The notes below the pieces were generated by a model that did not search any database, was not told the DNA's origin, and was given only the letters and a program-made list of their open reading frames with translations. From Azolla caroliniana (Eukaryota; Plantae; Polypodiophyta), in contig JBHGNT010000022.1 in NCBI GenBank assembly GCA_043228905.1, positions 186,001 to 250,000 on the forward strand: DNA of 64,000 nt, in the 5' to 3' direction. This document shows positions 25,005 through 37,549 of this stretch, in pieces. Numbering within the stretch: the first letter of the stretch is position 1; every line of letters starts with the position of its first letter. A program made the translations under genes and the position numbers.

Positions 25005-27204
25005 ATGGCGTCCTCAAGAAACCAAGCGGGAGAGCTCGAAAGGATGATGCTAATTGTCTAGCAAATGATGAGATCTCGGGACAACGACGCGAGCGTAGAG
25101 AAGGCTGTCGATCGTGTCGTAGAGCTCGAGGGCCAATTCGATGGAAGGAACGTTACGAAGTTCCTTGATGCATATAGAAGGGAGATGAATCAGAGGGATG
25201 TGTCCGAGGCACGTCAAATCGTAAGCTTCAAGAGAGTTGTCGCCAACAACATCCAAAGATGCGTCATCGAGCTTCAAGAAGGTAAGACAACATGGTCCGA
25301 GTTTGAGAAAACGATACTAGTGGAGTTCGTGATTGAAGACTCAACGAGGATGACTCGACATTGCCCTGATGAAGTGGATAGAGAAGAAGAATAAGAAGAT
25401 GAGCGTCTCGAGGGTGTACGACGAATTCGACCAGATGTTTAGTCGTTTCCCCAATACGAACCAAGTGTTGCTTGAAGATGATAAGACTTTGTACTTCTTG
25501 AAGGCCGTGGACATAAAGGATAGACGGGAGTTGGGGACTCTTCTCGAAGATGATACCCAAGCAAATGGGCTCGTAGCGGACTGGATCGCGGTGAAGCGGG
25601 CATGCAATAGGCTCGACAAGCGTCGCCAATGGGTTGATGACACCGACTTGACGGGACCGACTACCACGGAGAAAGCAAGACCACCGAAAGTAGCTGAGCC
25701 GCCAAGACAAAGTAACGTGGAAGAAAAGAAGATTGATGAAGACATCATTGAAGAGCTAGCGAAGAAGTTCGAGAAGGTCACGCTAGCCAACATGAATCGT
25801 CGGGGCCCTAAAGGAAAAGAACCCTTTAGATGCGTGTGGTACGATAGCATGGACCACATGAGAAGGGATTGTGCGAGCCTTCGAGAGGCGATTCGACAAA
25901 ATATCGTATACATAGAGGACAACATGATCTGCTCAAGTGAGACTAGAAGACCCCTACAGGTGAATTTCGGAAGAGGAGGAATGAAGAAATCTATGGAGGA
26001 TGCTGATGCGACTCATGTGGATGCGATGCACTATGCTGCGTCGGCCAGAATAAGAGTCGGGAAAGACAAGAGTGAAGCTGCTAGAGCGGGACCAAAGTTT
26101 TGGACTTCCGTTCTCGAATATGAGAAGAAGGGAAAAGTCACGTCGAATGAGGTAGAGCTTGTGGACCGAAGCGTGCAAAGCATAACCAGGTGGTCGGATT
26201 CGGTGGACGACAACACCATACTCGCAGAGGTGATGTGCGACAACCACGAGGTGTTCGTCGAAGAAAAGAGAAAGAGAATAGAAGAGCAAGGCCCATCAAA
26301 AAGGAATGAAACAAGGAACGCGAAAAAGAAGGACGATGCAGAGATGAGTCGACCTTTACAAACGGAGGAACGAGAATCAAGCCGAAAAGGGGAGCCGAGC
26401 ATACGAGTTGAAGAAACAGTTCGGCCCGTGAAGGTTGGTGTCGAAGACCCCGCTCGGAGGACAAGGACTATACCTACCTATAAGCTAAGGTCGGACATAA
26501 AGCAGACGACGAACCTAAAGAAGATTCTCGAAGAACGAGTTCTTGATAGCCATGTAACTTTGTCCTTGAGGGAATTGCTTGGCATTACGAAGAAGGAGTT
26601 CCATGACACGATCGTGGACCTTGTAAAGAGAAAGAGACAACAATCGGACGAGGAAGAAGAGAAGCCGCAAAAAGCAAAAACGAATGCCATAACGATGGCA
26701 AGAGATGAAATCGATGAAGATATGGTGGACAACCACTACACTCGACCTCATTGGGCACGAGCGACAACGGAGACGCCGTTGAAGATCGGGGAGAAGAAAG
26801 AGACCGTGGTAGCCTTGATCGACCATAGCTCGGAGATCAACCTCATGTCAACCGACTTCTACAAAAAAGGAAGATGGCCAATCAATACAAACCACGGATG
26901 GAAGATTCGCGCGGCAACAAAGTCTACGGAGGATTTGTACGGAGCTTGTCCCAATGTCAAAGTCACGATCGGGGATGTGGAGATGGATCAACACTTCTTC
27001 GTACAAGAATGAGCGTCGCATCCTGTCATCCTAGGGCAACCTTATATCACATCAACTCGGATGGAGACTAGAGTGTTCGATAATGGAGCAGCCTTCGCAC
27101 GAATAAAGAGTCTTGACAACCAAAGATCGGTCCAATTCCTAATGGTGCGAGCCAATCATGAAAGGAATCGAGATAGTCTCGGAGGCGAATCCTCGGATTT
27201 TTAG
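25005..27204 (+). pseudogene. Element B gag-protease
   Basis: ATG at 25005, an early stop, a frameshift near 25365, degenerate zinc knuckle CVWYDSMDHMRRDC, protease ALIDHSSEIN, premature stop at 27010, natural stop at 27202-27204. Confidence 0.88.
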
Positions 27205-27257
27205 AGCGGACTATTGAAGCATGGGGCACAAATAGTCCGAGCAATCACAAGACCCCA
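27195..27257 (+). promoter_or_regulatory. -1 ribosomal frameshift signal (G_GAT_TTT + H-type pseudoknot), element B
   Basis: Heptamer 27195-27201; stem 1 CGGACTATT/AATAGTCCG; stem 2 TGGGG/CCCCA. The -1 frame is open into the RT ORF. Confidence 0.8.
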
Positions 27258-30200
27258 CAAGAAAGAAGAGTGCGTGGATTGCAAGGAGAAGCAACATGTG
27301 TCACACCTAGTGGCGCATGTAAACTAGTACTACCCGACAAGAAGCACAAGCGCCGGATACAAGAATTTGAGAAGATGCTGAAAGAAGAGAACATAATAGA
27401 AGAAGGAGAGTTCGTGACTCATATTATGGAAGAAGCCTCATTTAACGACACCATCGGTGAAATCGAGGACGTCGTGGACTTGAGCTATCTTCACAACCAA
27501 CGCGTGATTTCGGTTAACTCCATCAACATGTACGCTATCATTGATGAATACCGTCGTGGCATCTGGATGAAGGAAGCTGACATCAACACGAAATATAAAA
27601 CGGTGGATAAGAAGATCAAGCCAGTTGCGGTTCCGCTACCGGAAGATAGCTGGCAAAAGATGAAGGAAGTCGCTAACGATCCAAGCTTAAGAGATCCGAA
27701 GAAGATAGGTCATGTCTTCACCAAAGAGACGAAGGGGAAGCTACGAGTTGGAAAGGAGGATTTCCTTCTCCCTGAAGAGGAGCGAATGTTTCACGATATG
27801 CTTGAGAGACATGGGAAGGCTTTACCATTCTTCCCACGAGAAATCGGATGCGCCGACCCAAAGGTTATAGAGCCGATGGTGATCTTCACAGTGCCTCATG
27901 TGCCTTGGAATTTGAAACCGATACCGGTTCCGAGTGCACACCTTCCGAAGCTGATCGAGCTCTTAAAGGAGAAGGTGAGTATGGGAATTCTAGAACTGTC
28001 GAATGCTCCTTATTCCAATAGGTGGTTCACGGTGCCGAAGAAGAATGGATCAATGCGATTCATCCAACATCTTCAACCCGTCAACAAGGTGACAATTCGA
28101 AATGCCGGAATCGGTCCAAGCATGGATGAATTTGCCGAAGCGTTTGCGGGCGGATCCATCTACTCCATTGGTGATCTCTACTCCGGATATGACCAATTCC
28201 AATTGGCAATCGACAGTCGGGACATTACAACCATGAGGACTCCGATCGGGCTTGTGCGGATGTGTACCTTACCCCAAGGCGCAACGAACTCGGTGGCTCA
28301 TATGGTGAATGCCATGAATAAAGTCTTGAAGGATTGCATTCCGAACATCACGATGCCATTCTTAGATGATATTCCGATAAAAGGATGTTCGGATGAGGAG
28401 AAAGATGAATCGAAAGATAAGGAAGGTTGTAGAAAGTTCGTTGCGGATCATATGAAAGATTGCGAGAAGGTGCTTCAAAGGCTCGAAGATGCGAATTTGA
28501 CATTTTCGGGAGAAAAATCCGCATTCGAGCAACCGAAGATCTTGGTGGTAGGTCACTTGTGTGGAGCATACGGCCGGAAGCCCTTGCCATCCAAAGTGAA
28601 CGCAATCCAAGACATGAAAGAAGAATGCGAAAACCAAACGGAGGTTCGAAGGTTCCTTGGAGCATGCGTGTTTTATCATATATGGATTCCTCACTACGCT
28701 CATGTCGCCGAACCGTTATATGGACTACTAAAGAAAAGAATAAAGTTCAAATGGCGAGACAAGCACACAAAGGCGATGCGAAGATTAAAGAAACTGCTTC
28801 TTGAAGCTCCGGCACTAAGGAAGGCCGACTATGCCGAAGGGAAACCAATTTACGTGACCGTAGATACGAGCCCAACCGGAATCGGGTGGGTCATCAATCA
28901 AGAAGGTGAAGATAATGCGCGATATGCCGTCCGGTTCGGAGCAAAGGTTCTCAGCGAACGGCAACAAAGATATGCCCAAGTCAAGCGGGAACTTTGGGGT
29001 ATTGTGTCGGCATTGAAGACGGACAAAGATTACCTAATCGGGTCAGAAGTGATAATAGAGATAGATTGTCTCCCAATTCTCGGAATGGTCTCGGGACGTG
29101 CGACCCCAGATCTTGCTATGCTAAGGTGGATCGCCTACATCAAGTCTTTAAACCCAGAGATCCGTCACATTGCAGGGAAGAAGAACGCCATGGCTGACAT
29201 GCTGTCGAGGGCAAGATTTTCAAATGGAAGTAACATGGTTTCGGAAGATGAAGATGTCGCCCTCGACTTCTTCAAGATGGCTCGATTGTCGGCGGAAGAC
29301 CAGGACACGCAAACCCTCCACGCCTTCAATGAGAACGAGTACGAAGGAGAGTGGTTACTCATCGGTAGATTCCTAAGAACATTGATGACAGACGCTTCGT
29401 TGACAAAGGAGGAGGCCCTACGAATCCGAAAGAAAGCTTACCGATACTTCTTGAAGGGAGGATTCCTTTGGCGACATCCAAAAAGAAGGACAGGAATACC
29501 ACGTCGAGTGGTGGTAAAGAAAGAAGAGCAAGAGACACTAATGACCGAATTCCATGAGAGTGCTTGGGCAGGTCATAGAGGAACATGGGCGACGTTCGAA
29601 AAGTTGAAGGAGAAGTACTGATGGCCAAGCATGTACAAAGATGTACTCCATTTCGTGTCCACATGCAAAACTTGCCAAATATATTCAAATATACGTCATC
29701 GTGATGAGTTACAGCCGACATACCCACTCACCATACACTTCAAATGGATGGTGGATCTAGTCTCGATGCCAACGGGAGTGGGACAAATGAAGTACTTAGC
29801 GCTGGCAAGGGAAGACTTGACAAATCAAGTGGAAGGACGAGCCTTGACAAATAAGACGACTTCAGCCGTTTGCAAATTTTTGCTTGAAGAGGTTGTTTGC
29901 CGATATGGATGTGTAGGGAAGATAGTGGCCGACAGAGGGGAGTTGGATGCACACGAAGCGACGGAGCTCTTCGAAAGACTAGGCGTGAAGCTCACCCTCA
30001 CGACTGCCTACAATCCGGAAGCGAATGGGAAGATCGAGCGAGGGCATGGACCTATCGTTAAAGCCATCGTACGGGCATGCAACGGTCGAGTCGGGAATTG
30101 GCCACGACTATTACCCTATGCCTTGTGGGCCGATAGAACGACACATAGCTCGGTGACAGGGTATATGCCGACGGAGCTTATGTATGGACAAAAGCCGATT

Positions 30201-30689
30201 ATGCCGATCGAAAGGACGATCGCCTCATGGGTAGCGATACCGTGGGAGAACGAGATGAGCCGAGAAGAGTTATTAGCGGCGCGGATAAGGCAACTTGAAA
30301 GAAGACCTGAAGATTTAGAAAAAGCACGAAAGATGATGGAGGCAGCCTGAGTAAAGAACAAAGTTCGGTTTGACAACACGCATCGACTTCGTCCCAAGAA
30401 GATTGAAGAAGGGGATTGGGTTTTGGTTTACGACAACACCCTTGACAATCAACATAGTACAACAAGGAAGTTCGTAAGAAGATGGTTCGGGCCGTATGTG
30501 GTGACAAGTGCCAACGATAATGCCACATACCACCTTGCGGAACTAGACGGATCAAGGTTGGCCGTACCCATTGCGGGAAAAAGAGTAAAGATTTTCAAGA
30601 AAAGACAAGACAAGGATCCTGACCTCGATTACCTCGACGATGAACATAATAGGGCGGATGTAAATGAAGACATGGAAGAATCTAATTGA
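27195..30689 (+). pseudogene. Element B pol (RT - RNase H - integrase)
   Basis: One frame with two nonsense codons (29619, 30348). Motifs DLYSGYDQ, PQG, FLDD, VDTS, H..AGH...CxxC, VD...ADRGE...KIER, WFGPY. Confidence 0.95.
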
Positions 30690-31508
30690 TCACCGTAGCC
30701 GAAATCTCACTTTCTCTCTTCTTGGCATGTACCAAAGGACGTGCGGTTTGGTGGGGGTGGATGTCGTGAAGATTTTCGGCAATAGTGTGAAAATCCCATA
30801 AAACGTACAAAATCGAGTATGAATCACCGGCACCGACAACCGGCGACGACGAGGTGACGGCATCCGGCGCCGGTGAGACGACGGCATCCGCGCGACACCG
30901 GTAACCGACGGCATCCGGCGAACCGGCGTCCGGTGACTAGATAAATAAATATATAAATATATATACATATATACATATACAAGGAAGGCAAGTAAGGATT
31001 CGAACCTCGCACATCCGAGTTAGGAGTCAATTGGCTTACTATTAAGCCATGCCATTTAGTTGAATGTATATTTCTATCATTGTACTTTTACATGTAAATT
31101 CTCATACATGAGAGCTAAAATGAGTGACATGGTTATCATGTACCACATGTAATACATAAGCGCCAAATGGCAAACATGCATTTTATGCATGTCTTGTACC
31201 CTCACATGCATCATATGCATGAGAGCATCTATAAAAGAAGGAAGGGGGAGGAGAAAAAACGTTTTTTTTTTTTTGTTATGAAATTAAGAAGAAGAAATTC
31301 GTTATCAAATTGATCGTGTAACTTGTTTCTTAAATCCAAAGATAAAAGTTCAATCAATCTCTCTCAATCGTTTAATCTCAACTTCTCTCTTTCCCAATCT
31401 ATCTTAAGTACTTTCTCGCCAAAGCTTGTACCGACTTTGAATCCTTCCGATCCAGAACCCCAGCGGTTCCGCCTCACGACCCGCACGTAGTGACGGATCT
31501 TCACGACA

Positions 31509-32509
31509 GCGTCATCTGGTGAAACAAGTCCTCCTGACTTTCGTCAAAATCATCTAGTAGTTGTGCGAGTTCCTCGGAATGTTGGTCTGCTAGCGTGCGA
31601 TAGTCCTGCGCTAGGTCCTCGCATGCTGCCGCAATGGTTTCCTCATTGAGTTTGTAGAACCCTTGGTCGTCTTTCCTTCGGTTCTCCCAATCTGCCCGGT
31701 ACGTATGCAATTCCGCCGCTTGTGCAGCCCACAACATCCATGCTTTGGCTTGTGCCGATTTTAATTGCCCCGCAAACCTCTCCCGATTCGTTTGCAGAAG
31801 GATGCGCATGTTGTCTGTTATGGCTTGGCAACGCTAGATATTGTTGTATGATAGGCCCGAGCTTTTGGCCTCGATACACGTGTAGGCCTGACCGTAACGC
31901 TAGCCTCGTAATGACCCCCTAATCGACCGTACGCCCTTGAAAGGTATCAATGATGATACCTGCCTTCTGCTTGGGCATCCCATATGCGTTTACATGTACG
32001 CGTCTGACCTCGAACAAGAACTTGGTGATTTCGCTGAAAAAGGGATCTGGGATCTCCTTTGTTCTATATGCCTTGGCAGATGACGAATATTGACTGAAAT
32101 ATCTCTGTAGGGATTCTGCAGGAGGGATTTCAAAATGTCTTTCACCGAGTGATGACAAGTCCAGCTTTTTTCGGATGGATGAGTTGGTGATCGTGTCGAT
32201 GTTGAGCTTCCTAGCGATGTCCAGTGCGTCAGGGTGTGGAGGTGCCTCAACAACTCTGATGTACCCATCCAAGCGTTTCTCCACGAGCCATCGATGCAAG
32301 GCGGTAGAGATGGGTATTGTCATAGTCGGAATAGGCTCGTGGCTAATGGGTGAAGACTGATGGCTGCGGCGAGCTTGAACTCTGTGATAGGATGGAGAAG
32401 AGGGTGAGGAAGGGGAGCGATGAGAGTTAGAAGGTTGATTTCTGTATTGTGTAGAAAACCTTCTATTTCCTTCTTTTTGTGGCCTAGGGTTCATTGGTTG
32501 GTGAGCCAT
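31509..32509 (-). pseudogene. Element A accessory ORF downstream of pol (C-terminal tail continues at ~23800-23582)
   Basis: Aligns by eye with the element E accessory protein (PPH, YFxxYSxSxKAYRT, TFxGxxVDW; WAxQAAEL...GFYK). Interrupted by B. Ends ILEED* at 23582, matching E NLEED*. Confidence 0.8.
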
Positions 32510-32743
32510 CGTGGTTCCGCGTGTTCTTGGCCTAGAAGTTTGTGCATGCCGTAAGTCCTTTTAATAGCGTCGATATCTTCTCTTTTTTTCATAACGGTTA
32601 CATACAATACTATTTTTACACTATAATACAAGTGGGGCCGTCTACTTACTCCGCGGATTCTCTGGCTTTGTCCTGTCCAGCGAGGACGGGCTAGGTAGCG
32701 TAGGTCCCAGATAAGGTTTAAGGCGAAACCCATTTACTTTTTG

Positions 32744-33077
32744 TCATAACACTTCCCCGGCCAACGTGCCCAGTTTTGCTCCTACTATCCAGGACGAGCC
32801 TGTCCAACGGAATCTTAATTTTCCTAGCATATGCCCCATGCGTGTTTGGAAAACTAATACCGCTTTTCCAACCGTAATATCTTTTTCATGTGCATGCCAG
32901 TGTCGGTCCACGAATGCTTTGCGCCGCCGCTGTTCCTGCTCTAAAATGGCCATACTGTGTAACCTTGTTTCTCCTAGCTCTAGCAATTGTTGTAGCCGTA
33001 CTTGTTCGGATTTGCCCTCTGGTAGCCGGGCTCGTACTTGAATCCGCAAATTGGGTACCTGGAATTCGACTGGCATC
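32744..33077 (-). pseudogene. Element A integrase C-terminal part
   Basis: VMPVEF...GKLRFRWTG continues in register from ...LAFGLEAV at 39870 once element C is removed. Confidence 0.85.
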
Positions 33078-34009
33078 ACGGTGTCGTGCCTTTTGGCTCC
33101 GGATTGTTTGCGTGAGTCGGGTGGGAACCGTTGGGGTTTTGGAGTAGGAGGAAAGAAAATTCTAAGGCAATTAAGAATATGAAATATATTGTAAGAAAGA
33201 AAGATATGAAAACCTCGTGAATCCCACGAGTATAGTGTATTAGTGAGTAATCAAATTAAGAGAGAAAGAATAGTTAGCAAATTCGTGAATCCCACGATTA
33301 TCTTATATTAATCAACCCTTGTAAAATAATCAACAACCTCTATACATCTTTCTCTCTTCCTTATATAGTGTTGGAAGAGTCTAAGTTTATCACATGCAAG
33401 CATCATGCTTTTTCTATCTTTAGTTTTCATGCACATTGCATGTGCATGATTAGCTTTCTATCTCATCTTTTCTTTCTAACTCGAGTGTCTATGCATGAAT
33501 AACTTTTGTACCATGCATGTATAGAAATTTTACATGGAATAAAGTTTAGTATAACTTTAAAATTCATAATACCCTACTACAATGATAAGGCTTAACATTA
33601 TTAACATGGAGGTGTAAGGTTCGAATCTTGCCCTATGCATGTAATATATATATATTTTTTATACTTTCTTCTATTTACAAATACGTCTCTTCATCCGGCT
33701 CTTTCCGGTTCTGCTTCATCCGGTGCTTGATAGTTTTCTTTGTCCGGTTCTTACCGGGACCTCCTTACCGATCTCTTCGTCCGTTTCTCACCGACTCTCA
33801 CCGGCCTTCTTCATCCGGCTCTTGCCAGGTCTCCTTGCCGGTTTCGGTCCTTACCGGTTCCTGCTTCCGGTTCTCACCGGGTACTCCATGTCCTATCCGG
33901 AGAGACCAAAAATGTAATTTTTCATGTAGTGTATGAATTACACTACGACACTCGCCCCCTCCGAACCCGCACATCCTCCGGTATGTGCCGAAGTCCCTGA
34001 TGCTTGCTA

Positions 34010-37000
34010 TTACCCTTCATCCGAAGCTTCCTCCGATTCTCCCCTTAAGTCGACGATGAGTTCTAATCCACTTTCTTCGCTTTCCGCATCACCACGATCT
34101 TCGTCTGATTGCTCCTTCTGGTCGGTCTTGTTTAGGATCACATAGGGCTCTTCATCAGTCCGCTTCTTGAAAATCTTCACCCGTTTCCCGGCTATAGGCA
34201 CTCGTAGCATTGTTCCATCTAACTCGCATAGTCGGTAAGTTCCGTTGTCGAAAACTTTCCAAACCTCGTATGGTCCGAACCACCTTTTCGCGAACTTCCG
34301 CATCGTTGTATGTTGATGATCCAAACTACTGTCGTAGACAATCACCCAATCTCTTTCTTCAATCTTCTGCAGTCGTAGTCGGTGCTTTGTGTCGAACCGG
34401 CTTTTATTCCGGAATCGCGCTTCTTGTTGTCGGCGTACTGCTTCCGCTATGTCTTCCGGTCTTCCTTCCAGTTGTCGTATCCGGACCGCTAGTAGTTCTT
34501 CCCGGCTCATCTCTTCCTTCCATGGTAGCATTGTCCATGTCGCGATTGCGGTTTCCGTCGGCATTACCGGTGCTTGTCCGGTCATGAGTTCTGCCGGCAT
34601 ATAACCGGTTATGGAGCTATGCGTTGTCCGATCCGCCCATAGTGCATACGGGAGCATCTGCGGCCAATCCATCACCCTTCCGTCGCATGCTTTGGCAAGT
34701 GCTTTGACGATCGGACTATCTCCTCGCTCGACCTTCCCGTTGGCTTCCGGATTGTATGCCATTGTTAGTGTTAACCGAACTCCATGTTTGGCGAAGAATC
34801 CCCTAGCTTTATTGGAGTCAAGTTCTCCCCGATCCGCAATCACTTGTCCTATGCACCCGTACCTACAAAACACTTCTTCCAAAAGGAATTGGCATACCAT
34901 AGAACACGTTTTCCTCCGTAGCGCCCGACCTTCTACTTGATTTGTGAGATCTTCCCGAGCTAACACCAAGTACTTCTTTTGTCCAATCTTGGTTGGCATG
35001 GCTACAATGTCGACCATCCATTTGAAGTTGATTGTCGATGAGAATGTCGGATGCAACTCATCTTGGTATCGAACTCCGGAGTAGATTTGACATTTCTCGC
35101 AGCTTTCCGTGAACTCCGCGACATCTTTGTACATATTCTTCCACCAATATCTTTGCTTGATCTTCCCAAATGTTGCCCATGTTCCCCGATGTCCAGCCCA
35201 ATCAGATTCGTGAAATTTGGACATTACCTGGTTTTGTTGCTCTTTTGTCCCGACTACTCGAAGTGGTATGCCACCCGGTCTTTTCGGCTCCCTCCATAAA
35301 AATCCATTTTTCAAGAAGAACTTTCGGACTTGCCGTTTCTTACTTTGGATCTCAGCTCTCTTCTCTTTATTGTCCGATGATTCCTCGATTTCTCGTAGCA
35401 TTTTCCCGATCAACAAGATTTCTCCCTCGTATTCTTCTTCCCGGAATTCTTGGATTATGTCCACCCGGCATATGTGCTCCGAAGCAAAGTAGTCTTCGGA
35501 AACTTCTTCATTATCGGATTCGGTTAGGTCATCTCCGAACCGCGCCCTTGACAGCATATCCGCTACAACATTGTCTTTTTTGGAGATGTGTCTTACCTCT
35601 GGATTAAGTGACTTAACATATGCAATCCATCTTAGCATAACCACATCCGGTATCGTGCAACACCGCATCATCCCGAGTATCGGAAGACAATCCGTTTCGA
35701 TCACTACTTCAGCTTCGATCAAATAATCTCGATCCGATTTGATTGCCGACAGGACTCCCCATAATTCTCTTTTAACTTGTGCATATCCGCATTGCCCTTC
35801 ATTGAGAACCTTTGCTCCGAATCGGATCGGATATCGTGAACCTTCCGGATCGGCTTGATTGATGACCCATCCGATTCCGGTTGGACTTGTGTCAACTGTT
35901 ACTATGATCAGTTGATCATAGCTCGACTTCTTTAGTGCTTCTGCCCTCCGTAGTGATTTCTTGAGCTTCTTCACGGCTTTGGTATGCTCCAGTTTCCATT
36001 CAAACTTCTTACCCTTCCGCAACAAGTGATAGAGTGGGTCCGCTATATGTGCATAGTGCAGAATCCATATGTGGTAGAATGCACATGCTCCAAGAAACCT
36101 TCGAACTTCGGATTGTGACTCGCATACTTCTTTCATAGCTTGAATCGCATCGATCTTGATTGGTGACGGTCTTCGGCCGTAGGGCCCACATAGATGTCCA
36201 ACTACCAATATTTCTTCTTGTCCGAATGCCGATTTCTCTCCGGAAAGTGTTAGATGCACATCTTCTAACTTCCGTAACACTTTCTCACAATCACGGATAT
36301 GGTTGACTACAAACCTTCAGCATTCCCGTTCATCCATAGCTTCATCTTTTTCTTCCACTGCACACCCTTTCATCGGAATGTCATCTAAGAACGGCATTGT
36401 TATCTCCGGTATGCAATCCCGGAGCACCTTGTTCATCGCATTCATCATATGTGTGATTGAGTTCGTTGCGCCTTGTGGTAGCGTACACATCTGGCCTAAT
36501 CCTATAGGTGTCCGCATGGTAGTGATGTCTCGGCTCTCCACAGCTAGTTGGAATTGGTCATATCCGGAGTATAGGTCTCTGATGGAGTATATCGCGCGAC
36601 CGGCAAATCCTTCTGCAAATTCGTCCACTATCGGACCGACTCCAGAGTTCCGGATCGTGACCTTGTTTACCGGTTGCAAATCTTGAATAAATTGGAGTGA
36701 CCCATTCTTCTTCGGAACTGTAAACCATCGATTTGAGTACGGAGCATTTGATGGCTCTAGAATCCCCATCGCCACCTTCTCCTTGAGCAAGTCGATGATT
36801 TTCGGAATATGCGCCCGTGGCACCGGAATCGGCTTCAGGTTCCACGACACATGGTCAATCGTGAAGATCACCATTGGCTCCACTATCTTCGGGTCAGCGC
36901 ATCCTATTTCTTTCGATGTAAATGCAAATGCTGTCCCATGTCGCTCTAGCATCCCACGGAATCGTTCTTCTTCATTCTTTAATAGGAACCCACCTCCACC

Positions 37001-37549
37001 GATCCGAAGTTTCTTCTGGGTCTCATCCGTGAAGGCATGTCCGATATCCATGGACTTCCAAAGTGTCGGATCCCCCGAGACTTCTTTCCTCTTTTGTTCA
37101 CTATCTACGGGTAACGGTCCCGCGGCCGGTTTCACTTTCTTCTCCACGGTCTTGTATTTCGTACTTACCATTGCTTCTTCTTTGCGGAGCGCATGCGGCC
37201 CCATTTTCACAATGATCTCGTACATCTCGACCGACTCCACCGGAATTACCCGGTTTCCCTGGCTTGTATCTTCCGCGAGCTCTTCAAGCCGTTGTAGTGT
37301 GTTCCCATAGAACACCTCTTCGACTATGCCCACGATTTCTTCGTCTTCTTTTATTATTGATGCCGACCGTAACTTATCCTCCACTTTTCGGTATTCTTTC
37401 TTCATTCCTCCGGTTACGGCCATGTACGTGGATGCCCCATCCGGACCGATTTGTACTTGTTTTGCACCGAGAAGTTTCTTCATGTGTGGGGTATCAGGGC
37501 TTCTCGGACTATCACTTCCCCACTCTGCAACAGTCCGCTCTAAAAATCC
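34010..37549 (-). pseudogene. Element C pol (RT - RNase H - integrase)
   Basis: ORFs 36317-37483 and 34010-36280 are in one frame, split by a single TGA (likely from CGA). Clear homologue of B pol. Confidence 0.95.
37486..37549 (-). promoter_or_regulatory. -1 ribosomal frameshift signal with pseudoknot, element C
   Basis: GGATTTT TAGAG CGGACTGTT...GTGGGG...GATAGTCCG...CCCCAC; the -1 frame is open into RT. Confidence 0.8.

Larger units (their letters stand above)
24120..31508 (+). mobile_element. Ty3/Gypsy element B nested in A
   Basis: 5' LTR (left end lost) ends at 24937. PBS TGGTGAACCCGTCGTGAA at 24946-24963. PPT GGTGGGGGTGGA at 30750-30761. 3' LTR 30762-31508 (TGTCGTGA...TCACGACA). Confidence 0.92.
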
